A stretch of DNA of 64,000 nt. Origin: an uncultured Actinomycetota bacterium (GTDB taxonomy: Bacteria; Actinomycetota; Actinomycetes; Mycobacteriales; Mycobacteriaceae). Shown here one piece after another: positions 1 through 9,533 of this stretch. A program made the position numbers and the translations under genes. Location of the stretch: positions 149,998 to 213,997 of the forward strand of contig CAVYAU010000011.1 of assembly GCA_963766535.1 (NCBI GenBank). Direction: 5' to 3'. The first letter of the stretch is position 1; the number at the start of each line of letters is the position of its first letter. The notes below the pieces were generated by a model. That model ran no database searches. It was not told the DNA's origin and worked only from the letters and a program-made list of their open reading frames with translations.

Positions 1-470
1 GCCACCTTGACCGCCAGTTCGGCATCCACCACCGTCAGCACCTCGCGGTCGGTGATCAAATCGGTGCGATACACGATCGTCTGAAATGCCCGATAGTCGA
101 TATCACCGGCTTTGAAAACTTCTGCCACCTTCGGCAGCCGCTCGCGCATGGCCCAGGCATACCGCAGCCGGCTACCGGCCAGCCCCTGACTGATCCGCAA
201 CGCCGCGGCCACCTCCGCAGTCACCGCCTCCATCGTGTCGACCGCCCACGCTTCGGTGTCCGAACAGCGCGACAACCGGTAGGCGAACAAATCGCCGATC
301 GCGGCCAACTGCGCGGCCGCCGCCCGGTTCTCCGCCCGCGACAACGAGCAAATCCGATCAACCAAAGCCGCTGACTCCGACGTCCTCGACGGATAACGCC
401 GCTCGAACAGCTCATCAAACCGGGTGATCACCTCCGCCGGTGACCCACCACCAGACACCTGATCGAACAT
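1..470 (-). CDS. DUF222 / HNH endonuclease family protein (REP13E12-type), N-terminal part; the gene runs off the window start
   Basis: The reverse-strand frame is open from ATG at 468-470 to the window edge. It reads MFDQVSGGGSPAEVITRFDELFERRYP...AENRAAAAQLAAIGDLFAYRL...LRISQGLAGSRLRYAWAMRERLPKVAEVFKAGDIDYRAFQTIV, a typical DUF222 N-terminal domain. It is absent from the ORF track because it is truncated by the window edge. Confidence 0.75.
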   Translation of the reverse strand, partial: MFDQVSGGGSPAEVITRFDELFERRYPSRTSESAALVDRICSLSRAENRAAAAQLAAIGDLFAYRLSRCSDTEAWAVDTMEAVTAEVAAALRISQGLAGSRLRYAWAMRERLPKVAEVFKAGDIDYRAFQTIVYRTDLITDREVLTVVDAELAVKV

Positions 471-635
471 ACGTCGATTGTGTCACGGGGGTCTGACACC
501 AAAATCCGGCTGTGGATACCGGCGCCGCAGGTAAGTTGTGCACTCGGAACATCTTGGGCGAGAAACTGCTGGGTGGGTCGGAACTGGTCTTTTTCCTCCT
601 GGCCTCGCGTCGTCAGCAGCCAGCGGGCGCCCGGT

Positions 636-662
636 GCTGCCAACCTGCTTACGGTTAGCAGC
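636..662 (-). terminator. Putative stem-loop terminator downstream of the pseudouridine synthase gene
   Basis: On the minus strand, GCUGCUAACC-GUAAGCA-GGUUGGCAGC forms a 10-bp stem (one G-U pair) with a 7-nt loop, starting 9 nt after the stop at 671. The pairing is better on the minus strand than on the plus strand. There is no U-tract, which is common for mycobacterial terminators. Confidence 0.35.
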
Positions 663-670
663 CGATTCGC

Positions 671-1528
671 TCACGGGCCGGGTCGGCGGCTGGCGAATAC
701 GCGGCGCAAGCCCGTCACCGGATCGTCGAACTCGATGCGCTGCGCCAGCAACCGCAGCGGCGCGCTGAAGTCATCGGCTGGTACATCAATGACGTTGGGA
801 TACAACGGATCACCTTCGATCGGTATCCCTAGCGAGGCCATGTGCACCCGCAGCTGGTGGGTGCGTCCGGTGCGTGGCGTCAGCCGGTACAAACCGTCGG
901 ATACCTTCTCCACCAACGTCTCCGCGTTGGGCACACCCGGCTCGCAGACCGCCTGCAGGTGGCCGCGGCGTTTGACGATGCGGCTTCGGACGACGCGCGG
1001 CAGCACCAGGGCCGGATCGGCGGCCGCCCGCGCCAGATAGGTCTTGCTCACCAAACCGCGGGCGAACAGCGTCTGGTATGCGCCGCGCACCTCGCGCCGG
1101 GTGGTGAACAGCAGCACCCCGGCGGTCAGCCGGTCCAGCCGATGCGCCGGGCTCAGCTCGGGCAAGCCCAGTTCCCGGCGCAGCCGCACCAGCGCGGTCT
1201 GCGCGACGTGGCGCCCCCTTGGCATGGTGGCCAAAAAGTGTGGCTTGTCGACGACCACGATGTCGGGGTCTTGATGCAGCACCCGGATGTCGAAGGGCAC
1301 CGCCACTTCATCAGGAAGGTCGCGATAGAGGTACACACAAGAACCGGTAGGCAGCACCATGGCCTCGTCGACCACCGCCCCGTCGGCGTCGACGACTTCC
1401 CCGGCCAGGACCTTCGCGCGGGCAGGCTCGCCAAACCGGGCGGTCAGCTCGGCCAGCACCGGTCCACCATGCAGCCGCACCCGGGCGGGGCCCAATCCGT
1501 CGCGAACCGGAAGCGGAGCGGACTTCAC
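671..1528 (-). CDS. RluA-family pseudouridine synthase (Rv3300c-like)
   Basis: Contains the HRLDRLTAGVLLFT catalytic-Asp motif and TGRTHQLRVHMASLGIPIEGDPLY. Start is set at GTG 1526-1528. The longer ORF (to 1714) would overlap the glpD2 3' end and its N-terminus is Arg/Pro-rich junk. Confidence 0.85.
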   Translation of the reverse strand: MKSAPLPVRDGLGPARVRLHGGPVLAELTARFGEPARAKVLAGEVVDADGAVVDEAMVLPTGSCVYLYRDLPDEVAVPFDIRVLHQDPDIVVVDKPHFLATMPRGRHVAQTALVRLRRELGLPELSPAHRLDRLTAGVLLFTTRREVRGAYQTLFARGLVSKTYLARAAADPALVLPRVVRSRIVKRRGHLQAVCEPGVPNAETLVEKVSDGLYRLTPRTGRTHQLRVHMASLGIPIEGDPLYPNVIDVPADDFSAPLRLLAQRIEFDDPVTGLRRVFASRRPGP

Positions 1529-1535
1529 TGCCGGC

Positions 1536-3293
1536 TCAACTGAGCGGCACCGGCTCGAGGATCTCGGCGCGCGCCTCCGGTGCGCTGGCCCGCAACATGT
1601 CTGCCGACACGTCGTCGGGCTGGGCCTGCGACAATATCTCGGCCTGCACCCGCGCGGTGTAGTTGGCGACCTCACGCTCGATGTCCTCGGCGGTCCACCC
1701 CAGCACCGGAGCAACCACGCCGGCCACCTCGCGGGCGCAGTCGACGCCGCGGTGCGGATATTCGATGGAGATGCGCATCCGGCGGGCCAGGATGTCCTCC
1801 AGGTGCAGGGCCCCCTCGGCGGTGACGGCGTATACCGCTTCCACCTTCAAGTAGCCCGGCGCCTCGTTGATCGGGCTCAGCAGGTCGGGACGGTCGGCCG
1901 CCAAGGCCAGGACCTCGCCGATCAGCGAACCGTAGCGGTCCAGCAGGTGGCGCACCCGGTAGGGGTGAAGTCCCTGCAGCGCGCCGACGTTTTCTGTCTG
2001 GTTGATCAGTGCGAAGTAGCCGTCAGCCCCCATCAGCGGGACCTTCTCGGTGATCGACGGCGCCACTCGGGCCGGGATGAACTCGGCCGCGGCGTCGATG
2101 GCGTCGGCCGCCATGACCCGGTAAGTGGTGTACTTGCCGCCTGCGATGGCGACCAGCCCGGCCGCCGGCACCGCCACGGCGTGTTCTCGGGACAGTTTGG
2201 AGGTGTCGTCACTCTCCCCGGCGAGCAGCGGGCGCAACCCCGCATACACCCCGTCGATATCCGCGTGCGTCAACGGGGTGGCCAGCACGGTGTTGACGTG
2301 ACCGAGGATGTAGTCGATATCGGCCTTGGTGGCCGCCGGGTGCGCTAGATCGAGGTTCCAGTCGGTATCGGTGGTTCCGATGATCCAGTGGGTCCCCCAG
2401 GGGATGACGAACATCACCGACTTCTCGGTGCGCAGGATGAGCGCGACGTCACTGACGATCCGGTCCCGCGGCACTACCACGTGCACGCCTTTTGACGCAC
2501 GCACCTGGAACCGCCCGCGCTGCTTGGACAATGCCTGAATTTCGTCGGTCCAGACCCCGGTCGCGTTGACCACGACGTGGCCGCGGACCTCGGTGATGGC
2601 GCCGTCCTCGGAGTCGCGGACCCGCACGCCAGTCACCCGGTCGCCCTCGCGCAGCAACGCGACCACCTGGGTCGAGCACCGCACCACCGCGCCGTAATGC
2701 GCCGCGGTGCGCGCGACCGTCATGGTGTGCCGGGCGTCGTCGACGACGGTGTCGTAGTAGCGAATACCACCGATCAACGAGCTGCGCTTCAGGCCCGGGC
2801 TCAGTCGCAGCGCACCGGCACGAGTCAAATGCTTTTGCGCCGGAACCGATTTCGCGCCGCCCAGACTGTCGTAAAGGAAAATGCCAGCGGCGATGTAAGG
2901 ACGCTCCCACACGCGCTTGGTCAGCGGAAACAAGAACGGCAACGGCTTGACCAGGTGCGGTGCCAACGTGGTCAGCGACAGCTCACGCTCGTAGAGCGCC
3001 TCGCGCACCAGCCCGAATTCCAATTGCTCGAGGTAGCGCAGCCCGCCATGGAACATCTTCGATGAGCGGCTCGAGGTGCCGGAGGCGAAGTCGCGGGCTT
3101 CTACCAGCGCCACCTTGAGCCCGCGGGTGGCGGCATCCAACGCGCAGCCGGAGCCCACCACACCGCCGCCAATGACCACCACGTCGAATTGCTCGGTGCC
3201 GAGTCGCTCCCAGGCCAACGCGCGTTGCCGAGGCCCTAGCGAGGAAGCCGGCCAGGTCTGCGCGCTCTCCGGGGCTTGAATCGGGTTGCTCAC
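1536..3293 (-). CDS. glpD2: FAD-dependent glycerol-3-phosphate dehydrogenase
   Basis: 585 aa. N-terminal FAD fold DVVVIGGGVVGSGCALDAATRGLKVALVE, with full-length similarity to GlpD. GTG start at 3291-3293. Confidence 0.95.
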   Translation of the reverse strand: MSNPIQAPESAQTWPASSLGPRQRALAWERLGTEQFDVVVIGGGVVGSGCALDAATRGLKVALVEARDFASGTSSRSSKMFHGGLRYLEQLEFGLVREALYERELSLTTLAPHLVKPLPFLFPLTKRVWERPYIAAGIFLYDSLGGAKSVPAQKHLTRAGALRLSPGLKRSSLIGGIRYYDTVVDDARHTMTVARTAAHYGAVVRCSTQVVALLREGDRVTGVRVRDSEDGAITEVRGHVVVNATGVWTDEIQALSKQRGRFQVRASKGVHVVVPRDRIVSDVALILRTEKSVMFVIPWGTHWIIGTTDTDWNLDLAHPAATKADIDYILGHVNTVLATPLTHADIDGVYAGLRPLLAGESDDTSKLSREHAVAVPAAGLVAIAGGKYTTYRVMAADAIDAAAEFIPARVAPSITEKVPLMGADGYFALINQTENVGALQGLHPYRVRHLLDRYGSLIGEVLALAADRPDLLSPINEAPGYLKVEAVYAVTAEGALHLEDILARRMRISIEYPHRGVDCAREVAGVVAPVLGWTAEDIEREVANYTARVQAEILSQAQPDDVSADMLRASAPEARAEILEPVPLS

Positions 3294-3402
3294 GGCAGAG
3301 GACTCCTCATCGGGAAAACTCCTGTCGGTTACTCGTCAGTAGGCGGTGCTCAAATCAAGGCTAGTCTTTGAGGGGTCCTTCCGGCGCCCCTTGACGCGTC
3401 GT

Positions 3403-4818
3403 TCAGTCGAGGTCGTCGTGCGCCATCAGCCGGCGAGCGGCCTCGGTGATCGAACCTGATAACGAGGGGTAAACGGCAAGGGTCTGCGCCAACTCGTTGA
3501 CAGTGATGCGGTTTTGGACGGCCACGGCGATCGGCAGGATCAGCTCGGAAGCAATCGGCGCCACCACCACGCCGCCGATCACCACGCCGGTGGACCGCCG
3601 GCAGAACATCTTGACGAAACCTTGCCGCAGCCCCGACATTTTCGCGCGCGCGTTGGTCCGCAGCGGCAGCATGATGGTCCGGGCAGTCACCGAACCGTTG
3701 TCGATCGCCGATTGCGGCACACCGACAGCGGCGATCTCAGGTCTGGTGAAAATCGTCGCCGCAACCGTGCGCAACCGGATCGGGTTGACGCCCTCACCCA
3801 GCGCGTGATACATCGCGATCCGGCCCTGCATGGCGGCGACCGATGCCAAGGGCAGCAGACCTGTGCAGTCGCCCGCGGCATAGATGCCGATCACCGAGGT
3901 CCGGGAAACCCGGTCCACGGTCAGGTAATTGCCGCGCCCGAGCTCGATGCCGACCCGCTCCAGACCAAGACCGCTGGTGTTGGGGACCGACCCAATCGTC
4001 ATCAGGGCGTGGCTGCCGTCGACGGTGCGGCCATCGGTCATCGTGACCAAGACCCCGGTGCCGGTGCGGGTGACCGACGCCGCGCGGGCGTTCTTGAGCA
4101 GCCGGACGCCCCGTTCGGCGAACGACTCTTCCAGCACCAGCGCTGCGTCGACATCCTCGTACGGCAAGACGCGGTCCTGGCTGGCCACCACGGTCACCTG
4201 CACACCCAGCTCGGTGTAGGCGTTGACGAACTCGGCGCCGGTGACACCCGAGCCCACCACGATGAGGTGGTCGGGCAGCGCCTCCAAGTCGTAGAGCTGG
4301 CGCCAGGTCAGGATGCGCTCGCCGTCCGGCTGGGCCGACGGCAGGATCCGCGGGCTGGCACCGGTGGCGATCAGCACCACGTCCGCGTCGTATTCGCTGG
4401 TAGAGCCGTCGGCAGCGGTCGCCATGATGCGGTGGCGGGCCAGACCGGGGGTGGGGTCGATCAGCTCGCCACGGCCGGCGACCACGTGCACGCCCACGCT
4501 GAGCAGCTGGGCGGTGATGTCGGCCGACTGCTCCGTGGCGAGTCTCTTGACCCGGGCATGAATTTGCGGCAGCGAGATCTTGGCGTCCTCGATGTCGATG
4601 TCGAAGCCCAGCCGCGGCGCTCGGCGCAGTTCGGTGCGTAACCACGTCGAGGCGATGAACGTCTTGGACGGCACGCAGTCGTCCAGCACGGCCGCCCCGC
4701 CGATGCCATCGGAGTCGATCACGGTGACGTGGGCTGTCTCGGGGTGTGAGGTGGCGGCCACCAGTGCGGCTTCATAACCGGCCGGGCCTCCACCAAGGAT
4801 CACGATGCGGGTCACCAC
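3403..4818 (-). CDS. lpdA: Flavoprotein disulfide reductase family, NAD(P)H quinone reductase LpdA-like
   Basis: 471 aa. Two Rossmann motifs (ILGGGPAGYEAA and VVGSGVTGAEF) and a C-terminal dimerisation domain. Position between glpD2 and the Rv3304-like gene matches Rv3303c. Confidence 0.9.
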   Translation of the reverse strand: MVTRIVILGGGPAGYEAALVAATSHPETAHVTVIDSDGIGGAAVLDDCVPSKTFIASTWLRTELRRAPRLGFDIDIEDAKISLPQIHARVKRLATEQSADITAQLLSVGVHVVAGRGELIDPTPGLARHRIMATAADGSTSEYDADVVLIATGASPRILPSAQPDGERILTWRQLYDLEALPDHLIVVGSGVTGAEFVNAYTELGVQVTVVASQDRVLPYEDVDAALVLEESFAERGVRLLKNARAASVTRTGTGVLVTMTDGRTVDGSHALMTIGSVPNTSGLGLERVGIELGRGNYLTVDRVSRTSVIGIYAAGDCTGLLPLASVAAMQGRIAMYHALGEGVNPIRLRTVAATIFTRPEIAAVGVPQSAIDNGSVTARTIMLPLRTNARAKMSGLRQGFVKMFCRRSTGVVIGGVVVAPIASELILPIAVAVQNRITVNELAQTLAVYPSLSGSITEAARRLMAHDDLD

Positions 4819-4973
4819 AGCCCTAACCTAACCGGCCGACGATGCACGCCGCGGCGCGGCGTGTGGTGGGGGCACCCCCAGCCGCAAAGCGGCCAGGGGG
4901 CCATGCCGGGCAATCAAACCCGTGAAACGCTCGGGTGAATACCACGCGAGCGTGTGCCGTTTAAGCTTTCCCC

Positions 4974-5453
4974 GTGCCGCTCTATGCCGCCTACGGGTCG
5001 AACATGCATCCCGAGCAGATGCTCAAGCGCGCACCGCACTCGCCGATGGCCGGAACTGGCTGGCTGCACGGGTGGCGGTTGACGTTCGGCGGCGAGGACA
5101 TCGGTTGGGAAGGTGCACTCGCCACAATCGTCGAGGATCCGGATTCGAAGGTGTTCGTCGTCCTTTACGACATGACGCCGGCGGACGAAAAGAACCTTGA
5201 CCGGTGGGAGGGCTCCGAGTTCGGCGTGCACAAGAAGATCCGATGCCGGGTGGAGCGCTTATCCTCGGACACCACCACCGATCCCGTGCTGGCGTGGCTG
5301 TACGTGCTGGATGCCTGGGAGGGCGGCCTGCCCTCGGCGCAGTACCTCGGCGTGATGGCCGATGCCGCCGAAATCGCCGGCGCGCCAAGTGATTACGTAC
5401 ACGATCTGCGGACTCGCCCGGCCCGCAACATTGGCCCGGGGACCAGCGCCTAA
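4974..5453 (+). CDS. Gamma-glutamylcyclotransferase (AIG2/GGCT-like) family protein (Rv3304-like)
   Basis: 159 aa. N-terminal YAAYGSNMHPEQM motif typical of the GGCT fold. GTG start. Confidence 0.8.
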   Translation: MPLYAAYGSNMHPEQMLKRAPHSPMAGTGWLHGWRLTFGGEDIGWEGALATIVEDPDSKVFVVLYDMTPADEKNLDRWEGSEFGVHKKIRCRVERLSSDTTTDPVLAWLYVLDAWEGGLPSAQYLGVMADAAEIAGAPSDYVHDLRTRPARNIGPGTSA

Positions 5454-5507
5454 TTCCCCAGCCGACACGCTGTTACAACTGGCATCCTGCGCACCTTCGC
5501 AAGGCAG

Positions 5508-6095
5508 TCAAGCGGCTTTGGCCCGCGTCAACTGCGCCTGGATGCGGCGAACAAGTTCCCAAGGCCGGTATCTGACATCTTCGGCAACAATGGCGACGAT
5601 CACCCAACCCAGCTCTTGGAGTGCCGATTAGCGGCGGCGGTCACGAAAGAAGGCGTCGGGTCCGCTATGCCAGGCGACGCCGTCGTACTCGGCCGTGGTG
5701 ATCGGCCGTCCCGCGACCATGGTCAGCGGTGCTCCCTCGCGCCGGTGCACAACGAGGCCGTCGCCAGACCACAGTTGTCCCCCGCAAGCGGGAGGTGCCC
5801 CAGGCCGGGCGGATTGAGCACGTGCAGATCCGCTGTTAGTAAGGTGTCGAACCCGTACACGGCGGCGGCTGTGCCCAGGCATGGGGCAACCGTCGTCCCA
5901 GTGACCAAATCTAAGCCGCGCAGCTGCAATCTGCGGTCGACATCGCCGCGACCGTAAATGCCATAACGAATCTTTTTGCAGCCCACCATTATTCAGTTCG
6001 GCCTTCAACCCGCGACGTGTCAGGAATGTCAACGCCTGGGCAGACGTGACCACTCCACCTTGGCTGTCGAGCAACCGGCTGAGCTCTGGGTTCAT
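5508..6095 (-). pseudogene. Frameshifted remnant of a DUF559 / AbiEi-N-like family gene
   Basis: Homologous pieces lie in three reverse frames:
- MNPELSRLLDSQGGVVTSAQALTFLTRRGLKAELNNGGLQK
- KIRYGIYGRGDVDRRLQLRGLDLVTGTTVAPCLGTAAAVYGFDTLLTADLHVLNP
- LVVHRREGAPLTMVAGRPITTAEYDGVAWHSGPDAFFRDRRR
- LQELGWVIVAIVAEDVRYRPWELVRRIQAQLTRAKAA-stop (stop at 5508-5510)
No single frame spans the gene. Confidence 0.6.
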
Positions 6096-6267
6096 GCCAT
6101 TATGGTCGGCGTGCCACCGGGTTGTGCGCGCACCGAAACGCCGATCTGTGCGCAAATCGGCGTCTGTGCACCGGCGAGCGTGCCCTCTTGTACGGGATCT
6201 CCGGCGTGTCGGCGCGCAGACACGCTCCCCCGCACACGGGTGGTGCCCCCAGCTCGCGCAAAAGAAA

Positions 6268-7446
6268 TTAAGGCAACTCGAACGCGGCCGACTGCTCGAT
6301 GATGTTGACCATCACGCGCAATCCGATCGCCAGGGCTCGTTCGTCGAGATCGAACGTCGGCTGGTGCAGGTCCAACTGTGGTCCGTGGCCTGACCACACG
6401 CCCAATCGCGCCATCGCGCCGGGAATCTCCTCCAAATACCAGGAGAAATCCTCACCGCCGCCGGACTGCCGGGTATCGGCCAGCACATCGGGGCCGACGG
6501 CTTCGATCGCGTGGGTGAGAATGCGTGTCGAGACGTCCTCATTGACCACCGGCGGCACGCCGCGGTGGTATCGCAGCGTGTGTTCGATGCCCAGTGGCGC
6601 CAGCAGCGCGGACACGGCCTGGCGGATGATGTCCTCGAGGGCAACCCATGTCTGCCGGCTCGCGGTGCGAACGGTGCCACACAGCACCCCGGTTTGCGGA
6701 ATGGCGTTGGCAGCCACTCCCGCGTTGACCGCACCCCACACCAATACGGTGCCGTTGCGCGGGTCGATGCGGCGCGACAGCACCCCGGGCAGCCCGGTGA
6801 TCAGCGTGCCGAGCCCGTAGACCAGGTCGGCGGTCAGGTGCGGCCGCGACGTGTGCCCGCCGGGCGAGTACAGCGTGATCTCTATCGAGTCGGCGGCCGA
6901 GGTGATGGGGCCATGCCGGACCGCGATCTTGCCGACCTCGAGCCGGGGATCGCAGTGCAGGGCGAAGATCCGCGACACCCCGGCCAGCACTCCAGCGGCG
7001 ATGGCGTCGATCGCCCCGCCGGGCATCAACTCCTCGGCAGCCTGGAAGATCAGCCGCACCCCGATCGGCAGCTCCGGCACCGACGCCAACGCCAGCGCGG
7101 TCCCCAGCAGGATTGCGGTGTGCGCGTCATGCCCGCAGGCATGCGCGACGTTGGGCATGGTCGAGGCATACGGGGCGCCGGTTCGCTCGGCCATGGGTAG
7201 CGCATCCATGTCGGCCCGCAGCGCAATCCTCGGCTCATGTTCGGGGCCGATGTCGCAGGTCAGCCCGGTTCCGCCGGGTAGCACCTTCGGGTTCAGGCCC
7301 GCGTCGGCCAACCGCTGGGCAACGAACTGGGTGGTCGCGTACTCCTGCCGGCCCAACTCCGGATAGCGGTGGATGTGCCGGCGCCATTCGACCAGGTCCT
7401 CGCGGTGCGCGGCCAGCCATGACTCGGCGGTGTCAACAAGGCTCAT
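6268..7446 (-). CDS. amiA1: M20-family amidohydrolase (N-acyl-L-amino acid amidohydrolase)
   Basis: 392 aa. Metal-binding motifs HACGHDAHTA and GGEDFS. 4-nt ATGA overlap with the upstream paralog. Confidence 0.9.
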   Translation of the reverse strand: MSLVDTAESWLAAHREDLVEWRRHIHRYPELGRQEYATTQFVAQRLADAGLNPKVLPGGTGLTCDIGPEHEPRIALRADMDALPMAERTGAPYASTMPNVAHACGHDAHTAILLGTALALASVPELPIGVRLIFQAAEELMPGGAIDAIAAGVLAGVSRIFALHCDPRLEVGKIAVRHGPITSAADSIEITLYSPGGHTSRPHLTADLVYGLGTLITGLPGVLSRRIDPRNGTVLVWGAVNAGVAANAIPQTGVLCGTVRTASRQTWVALEDIIRQAVSALLAPLGIEHTLRYHRGVPPVVNEDVSTRILTHAIEAVGPDVLADTRQSGGGEDFSWYLEEIPGAMARLGVWSGHGPQLDLHQPTFDLDERALAIGLRVMVNIIEQSAAFELP

Positions 7447-8636
7447 GCTTGCGCCTTGCTATGTCTGCGCAGCTGCGCAGCCAATACTCGGTCGCGTTCG
7501 TCAGGAGTCTGGGCGAGGTGGACAACCGTGCGCGCCAGCATGATCGCGCCTTCGACGACCGCGCGGTCGGCGCTGGGACCGGCGGCGGCAGCAGCGAAGG
7601 CGCGCTGGTGAACCGTGGCGCCGCCGGCGTCGACACCGATCACCGGATGGATCCCCGGCAGCACTTGCGTCACGTTGCCCATATCGGTGCTGCCCATGGG
7701 AAGCGCTGCCTCGACCTCGGGCGCCACCGGCTCGCGTCCGAGTCGGCGCATCTCCTCCCGGCAGACGTCGGCTAGCCATTGGTCGGGTTTGAGCTCTGCG
7801 TATGCCGGTGCCGGGTTGTCGATTTCGTATTCGCAGCCAGCGGCCAGTGCGCCTGCGGCAAAGCACGCAAACATCCTGCCCTCGAGCTCTGGCAGCGAAT
7901 CCGAATCGACCGCCCGCATCGCATACTGCAACGTCGCATGCCCGGGGATGACGTTGACCGCCTGCCCGCCGTTGGTGACGATCCCGTGTACTAATTGCCC
8001 CGGCGCCAGTTGCTGCCGCAGCACCCCGATGGCCACCTGCGCGACGGTCACGGCATCGGCGGCGTTGACTCCCAGATGCGGCGCGACGGCGGCATGCGAC
8101 TCCTTGCCACGGTAGTGCACGATCACTTCAGACAATGCCAGTGAGCGGGCCCCAGCGATGTCGGTCGGCCCGGGATGCACCATCACCGCCACTGCGACGT
8201 CGTCGAAAGTCCCGGCCTGCAGTAGCAGTGCTTTGCCGCCGCCGGCCTCCTCGGCAGGAGTTCCCAGCAGCGCCACGGTCAGGCCCAGGTCGTCGGCTAC
8301 CTCAGCCAGCGCCAGCGCGGTGCCCACCGCCGACGCCGCAATGATGTTGTGGCCGCAGGCGTGCCCGATCTCGGGCAGCGCGTCGTACTCGGCGCATACC
8401 CCGACAACCAGCGGTCCGCTGCCGAAGTCGGCGCGAAAAGCGGTGTCCAAACCACCGGCAGGCGCGGTGATCTCGAAACCGCGTTCGGCGACCAGCGCCT
8501 GCGCCTTGGCGCAGCTGCGATGCTCGGCGAACGCCAGCTCTGGCTCGGCATGGATGGCATGGGACAACTCGACGAGATCGGCACCACGACGCCGCACGAC
8601 ATCCTCGACGCTGTCCAATGCGGTGGCTGTGGGCAC
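7443..8636 (-). CDS. amiB1: M20-family amidohydrolase, tandem paralog
   Basis: 397 aa. [11 protein letters not shown] motif and M20 dimerisation region. GTG start at 8634-8636. Confidence 0.9.
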   Translation of the reverse strand: MPTATALDSVEDVVRRRGADLVELSHAIHAEPELAFAEHRSCAKAQALVAERGFEITAPAGGLDTAFRADFGSGPLVVGVCAEYDALPEIGHACGHNIIAASAVGTALALAEVADDLGLTVALLGTPAEEAGGGKALLLQAGTFDDVAVAVMVHPGPTDIAGARSLALSEVIVHYRGKESHAAVAPHLGVNAADAVTVAQVAIGVLRQQLAPGQLVHGIVTNGGQAVNVIPGHATLQYAMRAVDSDSLPELEGRMFACFAAGALAAGCEYEIDNPAPAYAELKPDQWLADVCREEMRRLGREPVAPEVEAALPMGSTDMGNVTQVLPGIHPVIGVDAGGATVHQRAFAAAAAGPSADRAVVEGAIMLARTVVHLAQTPDERDRVLAAQLRRHSKAQA

Positions 8637-8717
8637 TCTGGCAGTATCTCACCGACCAGAACCGGCTCCGACCGCAATGAGGGCCGGCTGCTCGCTCGCG
8701 GGCTAGGCTCGCGCAGT

Positions 8718-9533
8718 GTGAGCGACCCTGCGCCCGATCCCGACGAACTCGCCAGGCGGGCCGCGAAGGTCATCGGCGAGCGGACCGGGATCCGTGAGCA
8801 CAACGTCGCCATCGTTCTCGGGTCGGGATGGTCGCCGGCGGTTGCGGCGCTCGGCTCCCCGACCGTCGTGCTGCCCCAGGCCGAACTGCCCGGGTTCACA
8901 CCGCCAAGCGCTGTCGGGCATACCGGTGAGCTGTTGTCGGTACGCATCGGTGAGCACTGGGTGCTGGTGCTGGTCGGTCGCGTACACGCCTACGAAGGCC
9001 ACGACCTGCGCCACGTCGTGCACCCGGTACGGGCGGCCTGCGCGACGGGGGCGCGCATCGTCGTGCTCACCAACGCGGCCGGCGGACTGCGCCCGGACAT
9101 GGCGGTCGGCCAGCCGGTGCTGATCAGCGACCACCTGAACCTGACGGCGCGTTCGCCGCTGGCCGGCGCGCAGTTCGTGGACCTGACCGACGCCTACGCA
9201 CCGCGGCTGCGGCGGCTCGCCCGTGAGGCCGACTCGGAGCTGACCGAAGGCGTCTACGCCGGCCTACCCGGACCGCACTACGAGACACCCGCGGAAGTCC
9301 GGATGCTGCGAATGTTGGGCGCCGACATGGTGGGCATGTCGACGGTGCACGAGACCATCGCGGCCCGGGCGGCCGGCGCCGAGGTACTGGGTATGTCGCT
9401 GGTGACGAACCTGGCCGCCGGGATCAGCGGCGAGCCGCTGAGCCACGCCGAGGTGCTTGCCGCCGGGGCCGCGTCAGCAAGCCGGATGGGCGCTCTGCTG
9501 GCCGACGTCATCGCCCGGTTTGAAAAGACATGA
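8718..9533 (+). CDS. deoD: Purine nucleoside phosphorylase
   Basis: The [24 protein letters not shown]...VLGSGW...GRVHAYEG...MVGMSTVHE pattern is PNP family 2. Start is set at GTG 8718, because the upstream part of the 8349 ORF is antisense to amiB1. Confidence 0.9.
   Translation: MSDPAPDPDELARRAAKVIGERTGIREHNVAIVLGSGWSPAVAALGSPTVVLPQAELPGFTPPSAVGHTGELLSVRIGEHWVLVLVGRVHAYEGHDLRHVVHPVRAACATGARIVVLTNAAGGLRPDMAVGQPVLISDHLNLTARSPLAGAQFVDLTDAYAPRLRRLAREADSELTEGVYAGLPGPHYETPAEVRMLRMLGADMVGMSTVHETIAARAAGAEVLGMSLVTNLAAGISGEPLSHAEVLAAGAASASRMGALLADVIARFEKT

Noticed and set aside
4860-4960. Small inverted repeats in the lpdA / Rv3304-like intergenic region (TGGGGG..CCCCCA, GCCGC-AAA-GCGGC, ACGCTCG-N13-CGAGCGT). 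I also looked for MIRU/VNTR-type tandem repeats, because a VNTR locus maps near here in M. tuberculosis.
   Set aside because: The stems are short (5-7 bp), which is expected by chance in GC-rich DNA. No tandem repeat unit is visible.
8349-8717. Long N-terminal extensions offered by the ORF track. They affect deoD from 8349, the aminotransferase from 25359, the hydrolase from 33730, nagA from 30046, FHA-ABC 2 from 49672, folD to 46443, the RluA gene to 1714, icd1 to 36436, and the small membrane protein to 45331.
   Set aside because: The extensions overlap neighbouring genes or run antisense to them, and they translate to Arg/Pro-rich junk. Internal ATG/GTG codons give products that begin exactly where family similarity begins, often with ATGA/GTGA coupling overlaps.
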